A DNA stretch of 64,000 nucleotides from Chromatiales bacterium (GTDB taxonomy: Bacteria > Pseudomonadota > Gammaproteobacteria > JAGRCI01): assembly GCA_020445565.1 (NCBI GenBank), contig JAGRGI010000032.1, forward strand, positions 13,294 to 77,293, written 5' to 3'. Positions 1 through 10,069 of the stretch are shown piece after piece. The notes under the pieces are model-generated. The model saw only the letters and a program-made list of their open reading frames with translations, searched no databases and was not told the DNA's origin. The position numbers and the translations under genes were made by a program. Position 1 is the stretch's first letter; every line of letters begins with the position of its first letter.

Positions 1-193
1 GAATTGTACCGCAAAACCAATAAAAAGGAAGTGCTCATGCGAATAACAGACGCGTCCATGCGGACTTGATCTCAGCCGTTTGCAGGCTCGGCGCCTTGGA
101 CTACGTTGTCTAATAGTAATGGGTCAGTTCACCTACCCTCGGGCCACACGAGTCCGGGGTGGGCGCAGCATCAGTCAGTGAGGAAGCCACGCC

Positions 194-742
194 ATGAGCG
201 AAAACCACAAACCGGAACACTTGGAATCGGGCTATGACCGCATGATGGACAGGGTGCACCAAGCCATCAAGCGTGCCGGCTCGTCCGCCTCCGGCCTGCA
301 CGAACACCTGGACGAGGCCAGAGAAAAGGCCGTGACGCTGGGTGAACTGACCCGCGAGGAGGCGGATAAGGTCGCCGATTATCTGCGTCGCGACCTGCAC
401 GAGGTAGGCAAATTCTTGAGCGGCGGCTCGGAGCTGAGCCAATGGCTTCGCTTCGACCTGGAACAGATCGAAGAACGATTGTGGGATGTCTTTTCCCGCG
501 TCGCAGATCAAACCCAGGTGGAGTGGGAATTGTTCCGCCATGCCATTGAGGCGCCTGATTCAGAGCCGCTTTTCTACCGCACCAGTGAGGTAACCGGTCC
601 CGGCACCCTGGAGTGTGTCGCCTGCCACAAACTGGTCCATTTTCACCGCATCTCCCATATCCCCCCTTGCCCGGAATGCCACAAGACGGCGTTTCGGCGG
701 GTCAGTGACGATCGCTGCGCCACCGACCACCATACCCATTGA
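194..742 (+). CDS. zinc-ribbon domain-containing hypothetical protein
   Basis: 182-aa ORF with a C-terminal CxxC...CPxC pair (CVACHKLVHFHRISHIPPCPECH). Charged helical N-terminus. No stronger family call possible by eye. Confidence 0.55.
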   Translation: MSENHKPEHLESGYDRMMDRVHQAIKRAGSSASGLHEHLDEAREKAVTLGELTREEADKVADYLRRDLHEVGKFLSGGSELSQWLRFDLEQIEERLWDVFSRVADQTQVEWELFRHAIEAPDSEPLFYRTSEVTGPGTLECVACHKLVHFHRISHIPPCPECHKTAFRRVSDDRCATDHHTH

Positions 743-752
743 TTCTGTTGGT

Positions 753-1193
753 CTACAACAGGAATCCCTTCAAAAAGAGATAGAGCACGGCGATCACGCC
801 CAGGGCTTGGTAAAGGCGATAGCGGCGCCTCCGGCCCTGGCGTAAACGCTGTACCCGCTGACCGATCGCGGCACGTTCGCCATCGGTAATGACCTCGGAA
901 ATGTACACCGCCCGATGGTTCAAACCGACCGCATCCAGCGCTGCAATAGCTTCCACCACGCCAACCCGGTACAGGCCGTCGTCGACATCGACCAGTCGGT
1001 GGCGCAACAGCTCGTGAAAATGCATTGCGGCAGCATCTCCATCGGAGAAACGGGCGACGAACCAAATCACCACACCTCCGGCGCGTGAATCGGTATCCGG
1101 GAAATGATCGCTTCGCAGCAGACGAATCAGGCCCGGATGGTCCCGATGGGTTTGCACGCTCAAATAAGCAACATGGGTTTCCTGGTTGACCAT
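753..1193 (-). CDS. hypothetical protein (C-terminal hydrophobic tail), downstream of menC
   Basis: ORF in the same orientation directly after menC. Start taken at the internal ATG (MVNQETH...) because the track start at 1280 would overlap menC by 61 nt. C-terminal LGVIAVLYLFLKGFLL looks like a tail anchor. Function unknown. Confidence 0.35.
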   Translation of the reverse strand: MVNQETHVAYLSVQTHRDHPGLIRLLRSDHFPDTDSRAGGVVIWFVARFSDGDAAAMHFHELLRHRLVDVDDGLYRVGVVEAIAALDAVGLNHRAVYISEVITDGERAAIGQRVQRLRQGRRRRYRLYQALGVIAVLYLFLKGFLL

Positions 1194-1219
1194 AGCCCGA
1201 ACACCCAATGAGGACCTTG

Positions 1220-2254
1220 CTATGAACCCGCCGACACGATGTCCGGCAACCCGAGCCCGCTGGCAGCATCTGACAAACACATCGCCCCGTTGTGTATTGC
1301 CGGTGTCGTCGCCACGTCGCCCGCCAACCAGGCGGAGGTCGCCAGACCATGAGCAAGTCCGTTACCCATAGCCGCAGCCAGATGAGCGCAAGCGGTGACG
1401 CCCACCGCACTCTCCAGACTGGAAGTGACAATACATTGTGCCGCCCCGCTGGCCCCAGCGATGCGCAGGCAATTTCTGAGTCCTCCCAGCGCCATGGGTT
1501 TCAGCACCAACCGCTCCACCGGCACGGGCAGAGTGCCTAGCAGCCGCACTGATTCGTCCAAGGCAAGTGGAAATGTGCTGAGCGCCTGCAATTGTCGCAA
1601 CGCCACGGGGTCGAACTGTCGCAAGGGTTCTTCCAGGGACTCCACCGGGAGGTCATTGAGGTAGTGGATCATCGCTCGGGCTACAGGCAGAGTCCACGCC
1701 TGATTGGCATCCAAACGCAGCCGTAGCCTGCCCCCATTCCCGGCCGCTATGCGCCGCAAGGTATCCAGCTCGTCCCGCCAGGGCCGGACCCCCAGCTTGA
1801 TCTTTACCAACCGATAGCCCGCGGCCAGTGCCTCATCGATACGCCGCTGCACATCTGCATCCAGAGCGCCCACGGCGGCATTGACGTCAACCCGGCCGTT
1901 TCCACCAGGATCCAGCCAACGATGCAATGGAAGTCCTTCGGCTTGGGCGGCGAGATCGCACAAGGCCGTGTCCAGAGCACATGCGCTGGCCGGCGGGGCG
2001 GATGGTTCGGGGTCTTCACCTGTCAATACAGGCAAAACGTTGCGCAGATAGCGCCCGGCATGGGCATGGGTCTCAGTGCCCACCTCCACCAGCGGGGCGC
2101 AGTCACCCCAGCCGACCCGTCCGTCCGCCGTCACCAGGCGAATCAGCCAGCCACGTCGCTCCAGGGTACGGCCGTGACTGCTAATCCAGGGGCGCGCCAA
2201 TGGCAAACGATAAGGCAGCGCCTCGGCGCGGACCAAACGATCGTCGTCTATCAC
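1220..2254 (-). CDS. menC: o-succinylbenzoate synthase (enolase superfamily)
   Basis: 344-aa enolase-superfamily/MR-MLE-like sequence. Overlaps menA by 4 nt (coupled), as in a menaquinone operon. Confidence 0.65.
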   Translation of the reverse strand: MIDDDRLVRAEALPYRLPLARPWISSHGRTLERRGWLIRLVTADGRVGWGDCAPLVEVGTETHAHAGRYLRNVLPVLTGEDPEPSAPPASACALDTALCDLAAQAEGLPLHRWLDPGGNGRVDVNAAVGALDADVQRRIDEALAAGYRLVKIKLGVRPWRDELDTLRRIAAGNGGRLRLRLDANQAWTLPVARAMIHYLNDLPVESLEEPLRQFDPVALRQLQALSTFPLALDESVRLLGTLPVPVERLVLKPMALGGLRNCLRIAGASGAAQCIVTSSLESAVGVTACAHLAAAMGNGLAHGLATSAWLAGDVATTPAIHNGAMCLSDAASGLGLPDIVSAGS

Positions 2255-3282
2255 CGTGCCAACACGGCCCAGAGCACCAAAGCAGTGCTCAACACCAGGG
2301 AAAACAGCAATTGGAAACGGGCGGTAGCGGCCAGGATGACGTTGAAGGCAGGCCCGGGGGCTTCCCGCAGGAAGCGCCGCACTAACGCGGCGGATAGCGG
2401 CAGCAACACCAGCACCACGAGTACCACGGGCCAGCGCCAGGCCAGTGCCAGTAAACCGGCAAACGGCACCAGCATGAGCAGTGCGTATTCGATCTGACCA
2501 CCACGCCGGCTCAGACGCACCGCCAGGGTGTTCTTGCCCACCTTGGCATCATTATCACGATCGCGATAGTTATTGACCGCCAACACCGCGGCTGCCGGCA
2601 TGCCCAGCAGCGCTCCAACCCCCCATGCCGCGGCGTCGGCCGTCCCGGTTTGCAGGTAGTAGGTGCCGACGACGGCCGCCAGACCAAAGAACAGGAACAC
2701 AAATAATTCCCCCAGGGCAGTGTAGGCCAACGGTTTCGGCCCGCCCGTGTAGGCCCATCCGGAAGCCAGGGCTGCCAGGCCCAAGGCAACAATGGGCCAG
2801 CCTCCCCGATAGGCCAGATAGACGCCCAACAGGAAGGCACAGCTAAAAGCCAACCAGGCCGCAAACTTGACCTGGGCACCGGTGAACCAACCGGAGGCGG
2901 TGGCCCGCGGTGGCCCCAAGCGAGTGGAAACATCATCGGCGCCACGTTCAAAATCGGCGGCATCGTTGTGCAGATTGGTGCCTATCTGTATCAACATGGC
3001 CGCCATCAGGGTTGCGGTCAGGATCCCCGCATGGATAACGCCCTGATCCGCCGCTGCCAGTGCAGTACCGGCCAGGACCGGTGAAGCTGCAAGACTAAGG
3101 GTCTTGGGCCGGCAGGCAAGTAGCCAATATTTGAGGTTTTTCATCGTGCCGATTGTACGGGTACACTCCGAATCCATGCACGCCCTATGGCTGGAACAAC
3201 GGATTCTGCGCAAACGCGACGATATTCCCGTCCCCCGACCGGGGCCTGGAGAAGCCTTGGTGCGCGTGCGTCTGGCGGGCAT
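2251..3282 (-). CDS. menA: 1,4-dihydroxy-2-naphthoate polyprenyltransferase (UbiA family)
   Basis: Polytopic membrane protein with the UbiA-type Asp-rich motif (NDAADFERGADD). Length and layout are typical of MenA. Confidence 0.8.
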   Translation of the reverse strand: MPARRTRTKASPGPGRGTGISSRLRRIRCSSHRACMDSECTRTIGTMKNLKYWLLACRPKTLSLAASPVLAGTALAAADQGVIHAGILTATLMAAMLIQIGTNLHNDAADFERGADDVSTRLGPPRATASGWFTGAQVKFAAWLAFSCAFLLGVYLAYRGGWPIVALGLAALASGWAYTGGPKPLAYTALGELFVFLFFGLAAVVGTYYLQTGTADAAAWGVGALLGMPAAAVLAVNNYRDRDNDAKVGKNTLAVRLSRRGGQIEYALLMLVPFAGLLALAWRWPVVLVVLVLLPLSAALVRRFLREAPGPAFNVILAATARFQLLFSLVLSTALVLWAVLAR

Positions 3283-4129
3283 CTGTGGAACCGACCGCGA
3301 GTTGCTGCGGGGCTATTATCCCTTTCTGGGCATTCCCGGCCATGAATTCGTCGGCGAGATCGCACAATGCCCCAAGGCATCGCACCTCGGCCGACGGGTG
3401 GTGGGAGAAATCAATCTCAGCTGCGGCTACTGTCATGAATGTCTTGCCAAACGCAAAACCCACTGCCTGAATCGCAAGGTGCTGGGTATTCGCGATCATG
3501 ACGGCGCGTTTGCCGAATTTTTAACCTTGCCGCTGGATAATCTGCATCGCATCCCCGATTGTGTGAGTGACGAACAAGCGGTATTCACAGAACCCTTGGC
3601 TGCGGCCCTGCGGATACGCGAGCAACTGGCCATTCGGCCTGCCGATAAGGTGCTGGTGGTGGGTGCCGGCCGCCTGGGTCAATTGATCGCCCGCGTCCTT
3701 GCGGCCAGCGGCTGCCGGCCGAGTGTGGTGGCCCGCCATGGGCGGCAACGTTCGCTGCTGGAAGATAAGAATATTCCGTGGCTGGACGAAGTGTCGGTGA
3801 AACCCGGCCGCCATGATGTCGTCGTCGAGGCCAGCGGTTCTGCCGGCGGTTTGGATCTGGCCCTGCGGGCGCTACGACCACGCGGACGATTGATACTGAA
3901 AAGCACCTACGGCGGCGAAACGGCGCTGCCCCTGTCGCGATTGGTGGTCAACGAGATCGAACTGATCGGCTCGCGCTGCGGTCCATTCCCCCCCGCCCTG
4001 CGGATGCTGGAGCTGGGGCTGCTCGATCCCTGTGACCTGATTGACGCGCACTATGCACTGGACGATTTCGAGACAGCCTTCAACCAAGCCGCGCAAGCAG
4101 GCGCGATGAAGGTGTTGTTGCGGCCCTGA
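3176..4129 (+). CDS. zinc-binding alcohol dehydrogenase family (MDR) oxidoreductase
   Basis: GICGTDRE...GHEFVGEI catalytic-Zn motif and Cys cluster for structural Zn (CGYCHEC). Rossmann motif VVGAGRLGQ. Start moved to the internal ATG (MHALWLEQ...). Confidence 0.8.
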   Translation: MHALWLEQRILRKRDDIPVPRPGPGEALVRVRLAGICGTDRELLRGYYPFLGIPGHEFVGEIAQCPKASHLGRRVVGEINLSCGYCHECLAKRKTHCLNRKVLGIRDHDGAFAEFLTLPLDNLHRIPDCVSDEQAVFTEPLAAALRIREQLAIRPADKVLVVGAGRLGQLIARVLAASGCRPSVVARHGRQRSLLEDKNIPWLDEVSVKPGRHDVVVEASGSAGGLDLALRALRPRGRLILKSTYGGETALPLSRLVVNEIELIGSRCGPFPPALRMLELGLLDPCDLIDAHYALDDFETAFNQAAQAGAMKVLLRP

Positions 4130-4142
4130 GGGCAATCTCCCA

Positions 4143-4325
4143 TTACGGATCGAGATCGTCGAAAAGCCCGCTGTGATGGCTGCCGATCGGAGCCATATCA
4201 ATAATTGCTCCTTCCACCAACTCCATACGCTGCTGCGGATCCAGGATACCGACCTCCCCCATGCGGTGATAGTCGTCCACCGTGTAACGGTGATAACGCG
4301 CATGCTCTGCGGCTACGTTTGCCAT
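4143..4325 (-). pseudogene. Uma2-family (DUF820) endonuclease, N-terminal remnant
   Basis: 60-aa ORF whose sequence (YTVDDYHRMGE...LVEGAIIDMAPIGSHH) matches the N-terminus of Uma2-family endonucleases and of the full-length paralog at 28296-28886. It ends after about one third of the expected length, and only 13 nt separate it from the convergent ADH gene. Confidence 0.4.
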
Positions 4326-4377
4326 TGAAGCGCCTCCGTATCGCAGCGAAGTCTTATAGGATTCACCTTTGGCAAGC

Positions 4378-5397
4378 TCAGGCCAGCCGATAACGTTCCA
4401 TGAGATAGCAGAGGCAGTCCTGGCGAATGATCTCGACGTTCTGCGTCAGCATGGAGGGCATAACCGGCACTCGGGTGCGGATTTGTCCGTCTTCGACCAC
4501 GAAGTAACGATGCGCCACATCCTCGTCGTTTTCCTCGCCACAGACGTCCAGCGCCAACCCAACATCCCCGGTTACGTTGGCAAAGGCGGTACCGGGTAGC
4601 AATTCATTGAAATTCATCCGATCCAGATTTTCCACCAGGCGCAGTTCCACCCCGTCCTCAAAACCCAGACTGACCGATTCCGGCACCTTGACCACGGCAA
4701 CGGTGTGAAACAGATCCAGATCACCGTCGGCAACCGGGTGATCCGGGATCTCGGCGAGATTCAGACAGGCGTCCAGATATTCCAAGGCATGTTCGGTACC
4801 GTGAGGCTGACCTGGCTGGCCGCATTCCAAGGTTACGGCAGGCGCCAGTTCCGCAAAGCTCATGGACTGCACGCCGGCCGGACGAATGAAATACACCACC
4901 TGGCGGCTGAACAAGGTGGCCAGATGCAAAAAGCGGTAGTCGATGCGGTTGACGCAGGCATAGTGGGGATTCAGACCGGTGTTGTTGTGCACGTCCACGC
5001 TGGCAAATACGCCCCTTGCGCGCATGATCGCCATCACCTCGACCATCAGGCGATGCTCCGCGGTGTCGCCAGCGCCCCCCGACGGCCAGACACGGTTGTA
5101 ATCGGGTTGCTCCGCCAGACGCCGCATCCCCTGTCGGGCGGCACTCACATTGCCAATGAACAGGGTCAATGCCCTGGGCATGGGTTTGCTGCCGCCACCG
5201 GGCTCATAACGACGCAGCCAGCGCTTCACCGCCTCGAAACCGGTCGTCTCGTTGCCGTGCATGAGCACGGACACGAACAACGCCGGCTGTTGCCGCCCAT
5301 TCAGGTGAATCACACTGGGGCCGCCCAACAGGGCCTCCAGTTCGGTGGCGTCAGCATCCAACAAACCGTCGGGGATGGATTCAAAGATGTTCAACAT
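4378..5397 (-). CDS. succinylglutamate desuccinylase/aspartoacylase (AstE/AspA, M14-like) family deacylase
   Basis: HGNE(T)TG Zn-binding motif and the downstream VDVHNNTG motif characteristic of the AstE/AspA family. Alternative ATG (MLNIF...) used to avoid a 61-nt overlap with the upstream gene; the track start is 5466. Confidence 0.7.
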   Translation of the reverse strand: MLNIFESIPDGLLDADATELEALLGGPSVIHLNGRQQPALFVSVLMHGNETTGFEAVKRWLRRYEPGGGSKPMPRALTLFIGNVSAARQGMRRLAEQPDYNRVWPSGGAGDTAEHRLMVEVMAIMRARGVFASVDVHNNTGLNPHYACVNRIDYRFLHLATLFSRQVVYFIRPAGVQSMSFAELAPAVTLECGQPGQPHGTEHALEYLDACLNLAEIPDHPVADGDLDLFHTVAVVKVPESVSLGFEDGVELRLVENLDRMNFNELLPGTAFANVTGDVGLALDVCGEENDEDVAHRYFVVEDGQIRTRVPVMPSMLTQNVEIIRQDCLCYLMERYRLA

Positions 5398-5405
5398 GGA
5401 CGAAA

Positions 5406-6827
5406 TCAGATACTCCACTGATGGACGGGTAACCCGCTTGACTGGTTCTCGCGATAGGCCAGACACAGGGCGCGCATGTCATTGCCGTAGCGGGCAACGA
5501 ACTCACGCTGCCAGCGTGCGCCGTTTGTGCCGCGACGGACGCGTTCACCAATGATACCCAGGAAATGCTCGCTATCGGACGTATCCATACCCAAACGTTT
5601 GAGCCCGTCGCGGGCTTCCGGCAGCAGAATCTGCTCGATCAGGTCGGAGACCGAGCCCATGCGACCGCCGGTCCAACGGACCCTGGCATCCAGGCCATGG
5701 CGTGCGGCAGCGTAGAAGTTGTCTTTGGCTACGGCGAAGGGGATTTCTTTTTCGGGCGGCGTTGCCTGCGTCGCCAGGCAATGGGCCAGACCGAAGTAGA
5801 AGGCGGCATTGGCAATGGTATCCGCAACGCTTGGACCGGCGGGCATGACGCGATGCTCCACTCGCAAATGAGGCGTTCCGTCGTCGTCGAAACCGATCAA
5901 GGGACGGTTCCAGCGCCAGATGGTGCCGTTGTGCAGACGCAAATGGGCAAAATGCTCCGCCGGTTCATCGCTGTTCATGGGCAGCAAAACCGGGAAGCGC
6001 TCCAGATTGGCCTGGAAACATTCCAGCAGAGATTGCGAGACATAGTCCAGACCGAAGGTGACCCTGCGGGTGCTCTCGCTGCCACCCACGCTGACGGACT
6101 GCTCGAATAAAGGCACACGGGTCTCTTCCCACAATTCGCGGCCGAACAGATAGGGCGAGTTCGCCGCTACTGCCAGAATGGGAGCGGAGGCAACGACAGA
6201 GGCGTTGAAGATGCGCACGCCCTCGGCCGGGGCCACCTTGTAATGCACCTGAAAGGAGGTCGCCGCGGATTCCAGCATGACATCGCCATGCTCGTAGCGC
6301 AGTTCTTCCCGATCTCCAGTGATATGCAGCCGGATCGGCCTGCCATTGCGCAGACGCAGGACTTGTTCATTGAGGGCGCGATAGCGGCGCAGTGGAGACA
6401 TATGGGCAAGGTTGAGGTGAGCGCGACCCACCGTGGGCAGGATGCCGATCATGGTCAAGTCGGCCCCGATGGATTGCGCAACCGTGCGGGCCGAGGCGAC
6501 GTTTTCCGCCAGCTCGGTCTGCATCCGTGCCAGTGTCACACCGCACAACGGGCGCGGATCGCTGTTCAGCTCGACATTGAAGGTGGCCAGCTCCGCGACT
6601 ACCTTGTCGCTGGCCAGCTGTTCGAGAAAGGCAACATTGCGTCCTGCCGGATCACCGCGTCCGTCCACCAGCCAGGCTTCCAGCTCATAGCCACCGACAC
6701 CGCCGCGCTGCGACAGCATGCCGTCGCGGAAGTATCGGCCGAGCAGCTCGGTCTCCCGCTCCAGCTTGGTCCGGAACTCGGAAAAATCCGCCTCATCGAA
6801 TTCCGCCGAATCGATCTCCTGCCCCAT
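5406..6827 (-). CDS. GCS2-family carboxylate-amine ligase (glutamate-cysteine ligase-like)
   Basis: 473 aa. Recognisable YbdK/GCS2 blocks (YELEAW, FQVHYKV, AANSPYLFGRE...R, WNRPLIGF, LRVEHRVMP). Could be a plant/alpha-type GshA or a YbdK-like ligase of unknown substrate. Confidence 0.65.
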   Translation of the reverse strand: MGQEIDSAEFDEADFSEFRTKLERETELLGRYFRDGMLSQRGGVGGYELEAWLVDGRGDPAGRNVAFLEQLASDKVVAELATFNVELNSDPRPLCGVTLARMQTELAENVASARTVAQSIGADLTMIGILPTVGRAHLNLAHMSPLRRYRALNEQVLRLRNGRPIRLHITGDREELRYEHGDVMLESAATSFQVHYKVAPAEGVRIFNASVVASAPILAVAANSPYLFGRELWEETRVPLFEQSVSVGGSESTRRVTFGLDYVSQSLLECFQANLERFPVLLPMNSDEPAEHFAHLRLHNGTIWRWNRPLIGFDDDGTPHLRVEHRVMPAGPSVADTIANAAFYFGLAHCLATQATPPEKEIPFAVAKDNFYAAARHGLDARVRWTGGRMGSVSDLIEQILLPEARDGLKRLGMDTSDSEHFLGIIGERVRRGTNGARWQREFVARYGNDMRALCLAYRENQSSGLPVHQWSI

Positions 6828-6881
6828 GTAACCCCCGCAATCAAAATGCGGGACAAGGATACGACCTTTCCCGGCACTGTA

Positions 6882-7484
6882 CTAATGCACCGCGATCAGT
6901 TGCCCCGGTATGCCATCAATACCTTCGAGCAGTTTTTCCAGACTGGGTTCATTGGCCCCGGGAAGCAAGGGAGACTGCCTGTGCACCTGGCCACGCCCCA
7001 CCTCGGCGATCACGTCGACAAACCGGGCAAAGCGAAGGCTGAGTTCACGAAACACATCGCCCTGAAGCCGGCCGCTGCCGTGATCCATGGGGTCTTCCAC
7101 CAGATAGGCGTAAGCGCTGCCTCCCATGGCGATGTAGTAATCGACACCCACGGAGCGCCGACTCAAAGCCCCAGCGAACAATCCGGAAACAAACAGCGCC
7201 ACATCCCCGAGGCGTTGCAGGATCATCCGCCTTTCACTTCGACTACGTGTCTCCAGTGCATCGGCATATTGCAATGCCAAAGGACGCAGACCGGTGCCAT
7301 CACTGGTGTAATCGAACAGGCGTTCGGCACGTGCGTAGTCAGTGAGCAGGTTGGCCAGATAGACCAGCGTCGCATCAGCGGCCTCCAGCCTTTGATTGCG
7401 TGCCGCATCGTCGATGGAGCGGTGGAAAAAGGCCAGCAGACTGGTCTCCGTTACGGGGCGATTCTTTGTATGTACGGTCGCCAT
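6882..7484 (-). CDS. hypothetical protein (first gene of the GCS2/AstE-like operon)
   Basis: 200-aa ORF, co-oriented, 54 nt upstream of the GCS2 gene. Preceded by an AT-rich divergent promoter region (7500-7690). No recognisable motif. Confidence 0.5.
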   Translation of the reverse strand: MATVHTKNRPVTETSLLAFFHRSIDDAARNQRLEAADATLVYLANLLTDYARAERLFDYTSDGTGLRPLALQYADALETRSRSERRMILQRLGDVALFVSGLFAGALSRRSVGVDYYIAMGGSAYAYLVEDPMDHGSGRLQGDVFRELSLRFARFVDVIAEVGRGQVHRQSPLLPGANEPSLEKLLEGIDGIPGQLIAVH

Positions 7485-7800
7485 CGTTCGCGCCTCCTCT
7501 GTTCAATCAGACACAGCGTTTCCCAATAGTACTGTCGAACATCGGCCACATGTCAAGAATACTTTATTTTTCATATAGTTATTGTTAGCACTACCATGCG
7601 AATGCTGACAAAACGACTCGACTAAACTTTTCCGCAAGGAAGCCGACACAGCGCAGGCGAGGAGTAAGAAAGTTCGCTGCTATTCAATGCGTTTAACGAC
7701 GTGGCACTCGAAACCGGGCGCCCGCATCGATAACCCAGGGTCTCTGAACCTGTGCCGTTTGAGTAGCTGCGCAGACCAATGCAAGCGAGGCCAACCGACG

Positions 7801-9711
7801 ATGATGCGCAATTTTTCGATCTCCCGGCGCTACCTGGTAACCGTGCTGGCGGTGTTGGCGCTGGTAACGACCACGGCCCTTTCACTCGTCCACTCGGTAA
7901 TGGAGAGCACGCTGGCGGAGTCCGAACGCAGGGAATTATCGGAGGTGTTCGAAAATTTGAAAACCGCAATCAACAGCGAAGGACGGCTCGCGCTTACCAT
8001 GAGCGCCCTGGTCGCCTCCATGCCGCCGGTTCAAACGAGTTTCGCCGCCCATGACCGCAAAGTCCTCGCCGATTGGTTCGTCCCCAACTTCGAAAAACTC
8101 AAGTCGGACTATGGCATTGGCCAGTTTCAGTTCCACCTTCCCCCCGCCACCTCCTTTCTGCGCGTGCATAAACCGGAAAAATTCGGCGACGACCTGTCCA
8201 ATTTTCGTCAAACGGTAGTAACCAGCAACACCGAACGACGTCCGGTGCAGGGTATCGAGGTGGGCGTCGCGGGCCTGGGTATGCGTGGCGTTATGCCGGT
8301 TTATTCCAATGGCAAGCACCAGGGTACGGTCGAATTCGGCCTGAAGCTGGACAACCACTTCTTCGAGTCTTTCTCCGCAAATCACGAGGTCGATCTTGCG
8401 TTGTACCTGGAGCGCGACGGAAATCGTGTAACCTATGCCAGCACCCTTGGCGGAACACCCATGAACGGTGAGAGCCGGTACCGGGCGGCTCTCACCGGAG
8501 AAGCGCAACTTTTTCACACGGAGCTTCGCGGAAAACCGGTGGCCGTCTATGCCGCGGCCCTGCAAGACTATTCCGGCAAGCCCCTGGGCGTGCTAGAGAT
8601 CGCCCGTGACCGCAGCTATTACCAGACACAGATCAACCGGCTGGCCCAACAACTGGTGGCGTTGGGTCTGGTTGCATTGCTCGTCACCGGTGGCGTCATC
8701 TGGATCGTCACGCGCAGCGTGGTTCAGCCACTGCTGGATACCGTGAAAAACATGGAGGAAATCGCTGCGGGAGACGGCAATCTGAGCGCCCGCCTGGACG
8801 AAAGCGGAAAGGATGAGATCTCGACACTGTCCAAAGCATTCAATCACTTCACCAGCACGATCAAAGACGTGGTTGTGAGCGTAGCCACCTCATCGAAAGA
8901 GCTTTCGTCCGCCGCCAGCGACCTGGCCGGCACGACCAACAGCACCACCATGAGCATGCAGCGCCAACGGGACGAAACAACCCAAATCGCCACCGCCGTC
9001 AATCAGATGTCCGCCACCATCGCCGAAGTCGCAAAAAACTGCGCCTCTGCCGCCCAAGCGGCAACCGAGGTAGACCAGCAAACCAACGACGGCAGTAAGG
9101 TAGTGAAGGCCACCGTCACCGAAATCAACGCCCTGGCCGAGGACGTTCGGCGGGCCGTGGACGTCGTCAAACACGTGGACAGCGACAGCGAGCGAATCGG
9201 CACGGTTCTGGACGTCATTCGCGGCATTGCCGAACAAACCAATTTACTCGCCCTGAATGCGGCTATCGAAGCCGCGCGCGCCGGCGAGCAGGGCCGAGGT
9301 TTCGCCGTGGTAGCGGACGAGGTACGCTCCCTAGCGCAGCGCACCCAGCAATCCACCGAAGAAATCCAGGAGATGATCGAGAGCCTGCAAGACGGCGTCG
9401 GACAGACCGTCAAGGTCATGGAGGACAGCCGTAGCCGTGCAGAGCGCAGTGTCTCCCAAGCTGCTCAAGCCGGTCAGGCGCTGGACTCCATTTCCACCTC
9501 CATCGACACCATCAACCAAATGAACGTTCAGATTGCCACCGCCTCGGAGCAACAGAGCCAAGTGGCAGAAGAGATCAACCGCAACATCGTCAACATCTCC
9601 CAGGCGGCTGAACAGACCGTGCTGGATGCCGAACGGGCCAGCAGTGCCACCGAACTGTTGGTTTTGCAACTCGACGCCCTGCGCCAGCAGGTAGATCGGT
9701 TCCACTGCTGA
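7801..9711 (+). CDS. methyl-accepting chemotaxis protein with periplasmic dCache-type sensor
   Basis: TM1, a roughly 280-aa periplasmic domain, TM2, HAMP, then a highly conserved MCP signalling domain ([34 protein letters not shown]). Start placed at MMRNFS rather than the upstream extension. Confidence 0.85.
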   Translation: MMRNFSISRRYLVTVLAVLALVTTTALSLVHSVMESTLAESERRELSEVFENLKTAINSEGRLALTMSALVASMPPVQTSFAAHDRKVLADWFVPNFEKLKSDYGIGQFQFHLPPATSFLRVHKPEKFGDDLSNFRQTVVTSNTERRPVQGIEVGVAGLGMRGVMPVYSNGKHQGTVEFGLKLDNHFFESFSANHEVDLALYLERDGNRVTYASTLGGTPMNGESRYRAALTGEAQLFHTELRGKPVAVYAAALQDYSGKPLGVLEIARDRSYYQTQINRLAQQLVALGLVALLVTGGVIWIVTRSVVQPLLDTVKNMEEIAAGDGNLSARLDESGKDEISTLSKAFNHFTSTIKDVVVSVATSSKELSSAASDLAGTTNSTTMSMQRQRDETTQIATAVNQMSATIAEVAKNCASAAQAATEVDQQTNDGSKVVKATVTEINALAEDVRRAVDVVKHVDSDSERIGTVLDVIRGIAEQTNLLALNAAIEAARAGEQGRGFAVVADEVRSLAQRTQQSTEEIQEMIESLQDGVGQTVKVMEDSRSRAERSVSQAAQAGQALDSISTSIDTINQMNVQIATASEQQSQVAEEINRNIVNISQAAEQTVLDAERASSATELLVLQLDALRQQVDRFHC

Positions 9712-10069
9712 TCGCGTTGCGCCTGTCGTGGAGTTTTATCATGAGCCGCGGCTGGGCCATTGCCTGGGGTAGGAAACGGCATCCGCTCACAGAAAGGCGG
9801 GGCACGTCCCAATACAGCAGCACCTCCTCACGACCGGAGTTCGTTGACGGAATACCCGGCGCTGCCCTATTCCTCCAGATAGTGCAATCTTCACTGTTTA
9901 CTCCCCATGGGGGTCACCTTTCTTGACACCCGACGAGGCAAACCCCTAGCATTCGCAGGATTTTGCTACTGATAGGCCGGGTACACTGTTAAAACGATGC
10001 ACCTCCGGCACTTCTCAACATCTTCTCGTTCGACGATCTTTCCAGCGCGACAAGGTCTCTCATGGGCAA

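Noticed and set aside
643-1431. 262-aa minus-strand ORF overlapping two genes
   Set aside because: It spans the zinc-ribbon gene and the end of menC in a different frame. Arg/Trp/Cys-rich composition, with no support.
9717-9926. 69-aa ORF after the MCP gene
   Set aside because: No RBS, odd composition and no motif. Likely non-coding intergenic sequence.
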